Shown: piece after piece, positions 55,256 to 64,000 of the stretch
How the letters are laid out: every line of letters begins with the position of its first letter
Position numbering within the stretch: the first letter of the stretch is position 1
From: Octopus sinensis
Lineage: Eukaryota
Direction of reading: 5' to 3'
Assembly (NCBI RefSeq): GCF_006345805.1
Contig: NC_043004.1
Coordinates: forward strand, 52,328,001 to 52,392,000
Length of the DNA: 64,000 nucleotides
The notes under the pieces: generated by a model
Databases searched by the model: none
Told to the model about the DNA's origin: nothing
Seen by the model: the letters and a program-made list of their open reading frames with translations, nothing else
Position numbers and translations under genes: made by a program

Positions 55256-55485
55256 ATAATTTTAAGTTTTGGCATAACCCTTTTAGTATGCAATTTATAC
55301 ATTTTAAGAAAGAGGCGCCATTTGACAAGTCACCTTAAAAGACACACCGACACCATCGATATACTACAATCACTCGTACAGCACCGATGCACAATGGGTC
55401 GAAACGACCGTAATGAATAATAAATAGTTTTGTGAATTCCTTTACTGTTTCTTTCTCTCATATTTTATGCATGTATGAATGTATG

Positions 55486-55516
<31 letters not shown>

Positions 55517-55643
55517 TATGAATGTATGTATGTATGCATGCGTTGCATATCATAGCTATCCTAACTTAAAATATACACACATAGCTACATATAGATACAT
55601 TACTGTTAGGGTATGCAACGCTAACTAAAGTTTAGAACATACA

Positions 55644-55844
55644 TACTCTCTTTTACTTGTTTCAGTCATTTGACTCCGGCTATGCTGGAGCACCGCCTTT
55701 AGTCGAGCAAATCGACCCCGAGACTTATTCTTTGTAAGCCTAGTACTTATTCTATCGGTCTCTTTTGCCGAACCGCTAAGTGACGGCGACGTAAACACAC
55801 CAGCATCGGTTGTCAAGCAATGCTAGGGGGAAAACACAGACACA

Positions 55845-55910
<66 letters not shown>

Positions 55911-56075
55911 TACGACAGGCTTCTTTCTGTTTCCGTCTACCAAATCCACTCACAAGGCATTGGTCGGCCCGGGGCTGTAGTAGAAGACACTTGCACAAGA
56001 TGCCACGCAGTGGGACTGAACCCGGAACCATGTGGTTGGTTAGCAAGCTACTTACCACACAGCCACTCCTGCGCC
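55644..56075 (-). mobile_element. SINE family A, full length
   Basis: High identity to the other family A copies. Confidence 0.9.
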
Positions 56076-56324
56076 TAATGAAACTTTTTTACATACTAAT
56101 GAAACTTTTTACATATTTATGAATTATTTTTACTTTAGACTTCAGATTTGATGTCAAGTAGAAGTATATTTTAAAATAATCCATTTTCCAGTCATTAATA
56201 AATTCCAACTTTTTATTCAAACAAAATGAGGCCGATAGCTATTTTTATTGCCTTGTTATAAAAAAGAATATGAAATGTTCGGTGTAGTTAATATTTAACC
56301 TTAATAGAGACGGTGAACTGGTAG

Positions 56325-56500
56325 TATCGTTGCTGTGTCGGGAAAATGGCTTAGCAGCATTTCTTCCGACTTACAGTTCTCAGTTCAAATTCTGTCGAGG
56401 TAGACTTTGTCTTTCGTTCTTTCGTGGTGGATAAAATAATGACCAGTTGAACACGGGTGTCGATGTAATTTCCTCTGTGTCAAAATTCGAATCAGACATT
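56325..56500 (+). mobile_element. Degenerate SINE family B
   Basis: gggaaaatggcttagcagcatttc..gttcaaattctgtcgaggtagactttg. Confidence 0.7.
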
Positions 56501-56859
56501 TACCATCGATCCCTACAGCGGTTATTTTTTATGAAACACATGTTTCAACTAGTAACTAGCTGATTTATACTGATAAGGGCACTGGTGTAAGGTTCTAGCA
56601 GTATTTTGATGAAAGCGAAAGTTAGTTCTGCCAATGCACAATCTGGCCTAAATAAATACAGATGCACATACGCATGCATACATTCATACAGAACTACTAT
56701 TATTCTACTCCTATGCTCTTCCACCCGTCTTCAACTTGAACACTGTTGTCCTCTGTGGTCTTCCTAAACGAAGGAAAATATTTGAAGACTTCAGAGACCC
56801 ATCACGAAAATAATAAACGATGTGAAAGATCTTGATTATTAGGATTGTCTCAAAAATCT

Positions 56860-57400
56860 CAAACTTTATTCCTCTCAGTTGTATCATCAGCAGCTGTTGT
56901 TCAGAAATTCAGGAAAATGTTACCGTTGAATATGGTGTGCTGTCTTCGCTTTAACTGTTTTCAGTGCTATGTACAAGAAAATTGTTTTCATGGTCATCCC
57001 AACGGTACATGTGAGTCGTAACGTACATTTAGAAGTAAAGTACATCAGCAATATTCAAATAATAGCTACAAGCTGCTGAACGCAGAATACGACAAGATAT
57101 TGTTCGGCGAGACAGAAACCGAAATTCATGGAATATTGTAGAGATCAGATTTCCAGCGGATGCAAATGTTTTTTCAAAATTTGGAAAAAGAAAAATATCT
57201 GTCGAGAATTTGACAGAGACTTATATTTTCGAGAGGTGCATTTTCAGTGTACCAGTTATCACATGTGCACTGGGCTCCATATTAAGAGACTTATAGGAAA
57301 GCCTAAAATCGCCGGATTTATCCAACGTTGAGTAAAGTAAACTATCGTACATTTCAGTGATTCTCCATTTACGTTTGTTGGGATGAGCACAAACATTCAA
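56860..57400 (+). mobile_element. RLE-type LINE remnant
   Basis: IISSC; RQDIVRRDRNRNSWNIVEIRFPADAN; VPVITCALGS. Confidence 0.65.
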
Positions 57401-58299
57401 GCACACGTACGTATTGGATACAAAAAAACAGTCACTCACAAATAACAATGAAACACACATGCTTGTAGATGAAAGTGGCTCAACACCTACTGCATGGATA
57501 GAAGTTTTTTTACTCACACAAACACGCGTACGCAGATATCAACCAATTCAGATAACTCCAAATACAAATTGATGTTTCGTTTGAACAAAAGAACGTCGTC
57601 ACTTTGTAAGTAAGTAGGTAGAAACACGCAGAAATAAAAGACAACATCAAGGAGCAAGAAAAATATCTATAAATAAAACACGTACATAAATACATACATA
57701 CATTCTCTTCCTCTCTCACACATACACATACAAATATGTATATATGAATTTATTTAAAGCTGCATCTTAGTAGAGATGATTTTTCGAGTTTCACATCTCC
57801 ATTAGCTTCATCAAGAATATTAAAACAAGGTTTCCGTTTCCATCCTCCCAAAGATCTCTAAAACTTTCACCTATTCCTTGTTTTCATTGTTTTCTTCTTC
57901 CTCAACGTTAGGGAGTTGATTGGTTGTAAACAAATTTCGCAACATGTAATTCATCACCGAGCCCTCTAGATCTACATTTTTTTCTTCTTAATTCATCTTC
58001 AACGTTACATAATAATTTCCATAGAATGGCGGCAAACGGCTGGCTTTCATTTAATAGAGAAGTGAGAAAATAGATAAAAACTATAATGAAGTATATCACA
58101 TATACAGAAGGTTTGTTGTATTCTATGTTCTTTATTGGAAATTGTATGCAGGTTACCGTATTAATCATGTTACATCAAAGAACATGCGTTGAACGCATAT
58201 CTATGCTACATTTACCCATTTTATTTCTACGATATCAAAGAACAGGTACTAGTGATATTTCTATATTATCGATAACATAAAACAAATATATTTATAGCC

Positions 58300-58820
58300 T
58301 ATCTACTACGGCCACCGCAACTAAAACCATCACAGACACGCCCCCTCCACCACCTTTACCATCACAAGGATTATAACAACCATCACCACCATCACCACCG
58401 TTATCATAATCACGAACACCACTAGAAGTATAACCACCACCATCATTATCTCCACCACCATAATCACTAACGTCACAACAACATTACCACCACCATTATC
58501 ACAACCACAAACACTATTACACTATCGCCACAATCACCACTATAACTACCACCGACAACAGCACTAACCTCAACATTAATATATCAACCCCTATCACCAC
58601 CAATACCACCGCTGCTTTTAATATGAACGCAAACACACCACCACTACCGTCAGCACCATAACTCCAGCATAGCAGCAGAAGCACCACCAACACCACCATT
58701 ACTACCACCATTAACAACATTAATATTTACGCCACTGTGACCAAAACGAACATCATCATAATCACTATTATCACAGCTACAAACACTTCCACAACCAACA
58801 TCACTCCAGCATTGCAAAGT
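58300..58820. repeat. Degenerate (CAC/CAT)-rich low complexity (similar tract at 59270-59470)
   Basis: Direct reading. Confidence 0.8.
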
Positions 58821-59529
58821 TAAAAAATTCCAGAAAGATTACATGAACAGTATTTCTAACAATAGGTTACCAGACATTAATTATGAGAGATGTATTAATT
58901 AGGCTATCTTTATAAATATGGAAATGGATGACTAAATCTATGCCTGTCCATCTATCCATTTTTACTCATGCGCACACAGGCACACACATAAACACACAGA
59001 CACATATGCACCCACCCACACAAATACACGCAAAAGCTCGCAAAAGCTCGCAAAAGCACGCACACACACGGATCCATAGACAGCCACACAAACACACACA
59101 CACATATACACACAAAGTGTTTGTCCATAATGTATAATCTGCACATGTTTCTGTCCTTGGAAACTCATTTACATTTAGTAATTCCCTCTCTGCCTGATAG
59201 TCCTAGGTAAAGTCTATCTTGGCAGACCAGCTGTTGGCGATGCATATCTTCTATTCTCAAAGACCGTACACCGCCAGCGCAACTAACACGATCACCAAGA
59301 GCACCAACATCACTATCGCTATCACTACTGGCAGTAACAGTTGCAGCACCATCACCACCAAATACAAGAACAAGAACAACAGCTACAACAATAACAACAA
59401 CATCACCAACACCACCACTACCGTTAAAGCAAATACTAACGCTGACAGTACTGTTATCGGATCCTCAAACACCACAAACACTGCCACTAGCGATAGGGAT
59501 GGTTCTGGCCAACCGACGACTTACCATCT

Positions 59530-60330
59530 ATGAGGTCGCAATTTTTTTACAAAATTGATGACGGCTCTGCAAACGCATTCTTCCACGACAAGCTATCGAA
59601 TCTGTAAACTTTGTGTGAGATGGCTACCAAGAGAGCTTATCAAAGCGCACAGGCGCAATTGTGTGAGTATATGTCAACGCTTACTCGACCACTGCAATGA
59701 TGAAAGCGACTCGTTTTTGGAGAGATACTTTATAGGAAATAAGAATTGAGCCAGCATCCAAATGGGTAAAGTATGGATAGGGGACACTCGGAATGGCCAA
59801 CAAAAAAGGAATTAGAAACAGTGGAAATATTGACGCTGTCAGTTTTTTTTTTTGCGGACGCAAAGAGCGAACCTATACTGGAACATTATTTGTAATAAGG
59901 GGTCTGCAGTCACCAGTGTATGCTACAGTGAAATGCTGGCCATTTGATACCAGCAATTCGCACCGAACGTCAAGGTCTGTTTTCAAATCAAGTGTTATTG
60001 TTGCATGACAATGCACACCCACATATGGCCACCTACCCCCGTTGAAACCATTGATGACTTGGGTTTCAAATTGCTGGAATGTTGTTCTTTCAATTATCAT
60101 TGAACCACTCACACTTCATTTACGAGGTCGGCGATTTGCTAGGGACGATGAATGGCGGGAACCGAGAAACCTTCTTCTCCGATGGAATAAGCAGGTTTGT
60201 GGACGGCTAGAAAAAGTGCATCGAAAAGCAAGGAGGCTAATCCGAAAAAATGGTATAATTGTTCAAATCCTGCTTTTTGATTTGATAGATTACTGAAACA
60301 AGATTGCATATACTTTTTGCCTTATCCTCG
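59530..60330 (+). mobile_element. Decayed mariner element
   Basis: KLCVRWLPREL..CVSICQRLL..FLERYF (WVPREL motif), LHDNAHPH, FSDGI..KKCIEKQG; right end ttttgccttatcctcg|TA. Confidence 0.85.
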
Positions 60331-60341
60331 TATACATGCGC

Positions 60342-60430
<89 letters not shown>

Positions 60431-60469
60431 AAGTGTGTACATATTCACATATAGGTGTATATAAAAAAG

Positions 60470-60726
60470 GGTAAAGAAACCTTTCGGTCATGAACGACAA
60501 TGGTATTGCAACTAGAAAGTTCCGATCCTGGGCACAAGTCCGGGCTATGTTGTTTACGGAAGACCAGCAGTTACCCATGCTTACTGGCATCCTTTCTCCA
60601 CGCCACTGAAACAACATGAAATAAGGTGTCTTTTCAAGGACACAACTCACACCTCGGTCTAGGATTCGAACTCTCTACTTCATGATTGTGAGTTCAACGC
60701 TCTAATCACTGAGCCATTCGCCTTCA
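60470..60726 (-). mobile_element. SINE family C
   Basis: Minus strand gaaggcgaatggctcagtgattag..gagttcgaatcc..ttgtgtccttgaaaagacacc..; tail similar to 43540-43650. Confidence 0.8.
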
Positions 60727-60736
60727 TATGTGTATG

Positions 60737-60960
60737 TCTATTATATAAAATCCGTTCTGTCTGTCTGTGAGTGTGTCTTCTAAGATCTCGAGTATCCTCT
60801 ATCCGATTGCGCTCAAATTTGATATGTAGATACTGACGGTATCAGGGCGTGTAAAGGTTTTGACAAAATTACAAAAATTGATTCCAGGTGAAAATGCGAC
60901 GATGAAGCCGTTTTTGTTCTGCTTCTCTTCCGTCAACCTGTACATAACTGCACCTTCCAT
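60737..60960 (+). mobile_element. Helitron-like non-autonomous 5' fragment
   Basis: TCtattatataaaa..ctgtctgtctgt..ccgattgcgctcaaatttg; same style as the 24085-24469 element. Confidence 0.45.
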
Positions 60961-61241
60961 TTTTTGTTGTTTTTGTACTGCTTAAAGCCAAGCTTACTGT
61001 TTAAACCATATTTGTGTTCTCCCAGTCAACAGCCTTATCATTACTGGTACTTTAAACTCCTCGGTTGTATATTTGTGTGAATAAAATCGTTTTTCTTTGG
61101 AATAGAAAAAAGTCTATCTTTATTTATTTCTTTTGATGGTGTCTATGGGACGGTCGGACAAGTTATTTTGAGAAAATTTGGTTTAAATGTTTGACAACTC
61201 AGCACCGACCATTGGACGGGAGGCGTCTTGCTTGTATATAC

Positions 61242-61272
<31 letters not shown>

Positions 61273-61288
61273 ATATATATATATATAT

Positions 61289-61322
<34 letters not shown>

Positions 61323-61360
61323 ATAATATATATATATATACATATATATACATACATATT

Positions 61361-61411
<51 letters not shown>

Positions 61412-61447
61412 GTACATATATATACATATAATATATATATATCTATA

Positions 61448-61547
<100 letters not shown>

Positions 61548-61737
61548 CAAGGGGTGTTCAAAAGTTCTTGGTTTTAAGGATATCGCGAAGGTCTGATTTA
61601 AGGCCCAACCTTTTCTACAGGGCTTAGAAAAACTGAAACACCGCTAGAATAAATGTGTGAACCTGAGAGGGGAATACTTTGAATAAAATCATAATCAATT
61701 GATCCTCCTGTAGTCAGGAACTTTTCAGCATCCCTCG
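61548..61737 (+). mobile_element. Mariner-derived MITE
   Basis: TIRs caaggggtgttcaaaagttcttg / cgagggatgctgaaaagttcctg; internal remnant [21 protein letters not shown] is a mariner C-terminus. Confidence 0.8.
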
Positions 61738-62146
61738 TCCATGCGCGCGCGTGTATTTTGTATGTGCGTGTGCTTGTGTGCGTGTATGTATGTGTACGTT
61801 TGTGTATGCGTGTGTGTGTGTATAAATTCTGTTAACTCTGAATCTACCCACGAGACACTTCTTTCTAATGCAAACCTAAGGACGATAAGGTGTAAGATTT
61901 ACGTGAGTCCTGGGCAAACTGCGGCCCGCGGGATATACTGAATGACGCACCTTCGAAATATTACCTTGAATTTCTTTTTAGCAATTTAGCAAGTTCAGTT
62001 ATAAGTCATATATATCGAGACCCGCTCCTCGAAATTAGGTACCTAAGCCTGGTTTAAAGCCTTCTAATAGAGTCATCTGATTCCTGTCCTTCCACGATAG
62101 AAAAGTGATTGTTTTTTATGCTATTACACAACCAGTAACGGTGCAC

Positions 62147-62525
62147 GTGGAGGCGCAATGGCCCAGTGGTTAGGGCAGCGGACTCGCGGTCGTAGGATCG
62201 CGGTTTCGATTCCCAGACCGGGCATTGTGAGTGTTTATTGAGCGAAAACACCTAAAGCTTCACGAGGCTCCTGCAGGGGGTGGTGGTGAACCCTGCTGTA
62301 CTCTTTCACCGCAACTTTCTCTCACTCTTTCTTCCTGTTTCTGTTGTACCTGTATTTCAAAGGGCGAGCCTTGTCATACTCTGTGTCACGCTGAATATCC
62401 CCGAGAACTACGTTAAGGGTACACGTGTCTGTGGAGTGCTCAGCCACTTGCACGTTAATTCCACGAGTAAGCTGTTCCGTTGATCGTATCAGCTGGGACC
62501 CTCATCGTCGTAACCGACGGAGTGC
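62147..62525 (+). mobile_element. tRNA-derived SINE family D
   Basis: A box TGGCCCAGTGG, B box GGTTTCGATTCC; tail shared with 46686-46865. Confidence 0.9.
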
Positions 62526-63084
62526 TCCTGCTAACGGTGACAGAAACATTAAGTATTTCAGAATATATGATTCCTTTCTTCAGCAGATCCACTAAATATC
62601 TTATTTTACTTTATTTTATAAGATATACCGAGATACTGAAATGTGGAAATTACTTTTAGACGACAGATTAAATAAATGTTGATTATCTCCTATCAGCTTT
62701 AATGTAGACTTGAACTGTTCTCTTGATATTTAATATTATTTTTCCAATGTCGTCTTAATTCAGCTTTGACGTTAGACTTGTCGACTATAATGGCGGCAAG
62801 AGACTGGCTTTCATTTGATACAATAAATGAGAAAATAGATAAAAACTCCAATGAAGGATATCATATACACATGGTGTGTTGTATTAAATCGTTCTATATT
62901 GGAAACAAGAAAGATAGGATATTTGATACAGGGGAATCTGAATGGTTTGTATCGTGTTATTATTGTTTGTATCGATCATGCTGAGCGGACAGTGAGGCAG
63001 ATATGTGTATATTTTTAGATATCGAGCAAAACTACTTTATGCGATACAGAACCATCTATACATATTGTGTGGTTAAAAAGTTAG

Positions 63085-63220
63085 TTTTGAAAACGAGTGG
63101 TTTGTCGTCTTCATTTCGATTACGGGGCACATTGGACAATTGGTTTCTATTATAGTCCGGACCGTCCGATGCTATTGTGAATGACTTTGGTAGGCGGACA
63201 CTATATATGACGCCAGTCAA
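63085..63220 (+). mobile_element. Degenerate SINE family A head and centre
   Basis: ttggacaattggtttctattatagtccggaccg..tttggtaggcggacact. Confidence 0.5.
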
Positions 63221-63469
63221 ATATATATATACATACACACATATGTATATACACACACAAACACATACATACATACATACATACATACATACATACACAC
63301 ACACACACGCGCGCACACACATATATGTATGTATGTATAGATAGATAAATAGACAGAGAGAGATAGAAACGCGCACGCATACCAATGCAATTAGTATAAC
63401 TTAACATGAAATATATATATATATATATAAATTTATATATGTATACGTACATATATACATATGTGTGTG

Positions 63470-63541
<72 letters not shown>

Positions 63542-63767
63542 ATTATAACATATAAATGCCAACCAAGTACTTCGTCCTGTACAGGACAGTGCTACTAACG
63601 TTTACAGCCCCCGGAAGGCATCACTGGCTAACGACACGTTTTCTCTCTCCGCTTACTCATCCTCAGCATGTGTTGATCACCAGCTGGTGATGAAAACTCA
63701 CTCCACTCACAAAATACCGAATACTTTTCCAGCTGATCTCGAAAAAGGAGAAATAAACTATATTAAA

Positions 63768-63980
63768 TCTGGCAGAAACGTTAGCACGACGGGCGAAATA
63801 CGTAGCCGTATTTCGTCTGCCGTAACGTTCTGGGTTCAAATTCCGCCGAGGTCGACTTTGGCTTTCATCCTTTCGGGGTCGATAAATTAAGTACCAGTTA
63901 CGCACTGGGATCAATGTAATCGACTTAATCAGTTTCTCTGTCCGTCTGTGTTTAGCCCCTTGTGGGTAGTAAAGAAATAT
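63768..63980 (+). mobile_element. SINE family B
   Basis: ggcagaaacgttagcacg..gggttcaaattccgccgaggtcgactttggctttcatcctttcggggtcgataaattaagtaccag. Confidence 0.88.
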
Positions 63981-64000
63981 ATATTAAATCTCTGAGCGCA

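Overview
AT-rich eukaryotic DNA saturated with microsatellites and transposable elements, with no supportable host protein-coding exon. The SINE families and dense (TA)n/(CA)n/(GATA)n content resemble an octopus (Octopus sp.) genome; this is recognition and inference, not a database result. Almost all ORF-track entries are microsatellite translations. The real coding signal is transposon-derived. It comprises: a full-length, mildly decayed Tx1/L1-type LINE on the minus strand (~24685-30537, with ORF1 RRM-like + CCHC and ORF2 APE-RT-Cys finger) embedded in (GATA)n on both sides; restriction-like-endonuclease LINE remnants (R4/Dong and NeSL-like); mariner, Tc1 and maT(DD37D) remnants; Helitron pieces; and at least four tRNA-derived SINE families. 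The most interesting candidates are (1) a ~245 bp tRNA-headed SINE-like element carrying a minimal type-I hammerhead ribozyme, with a second copy showing a Penelope-style inverted 3' duplication and other hammerhead-like relics nearby, and (2) an apparently (TATC)n-targeting Tx1 LINE accompanied by short 3'UTR-only partners that share a conserved GATC stem-loop.
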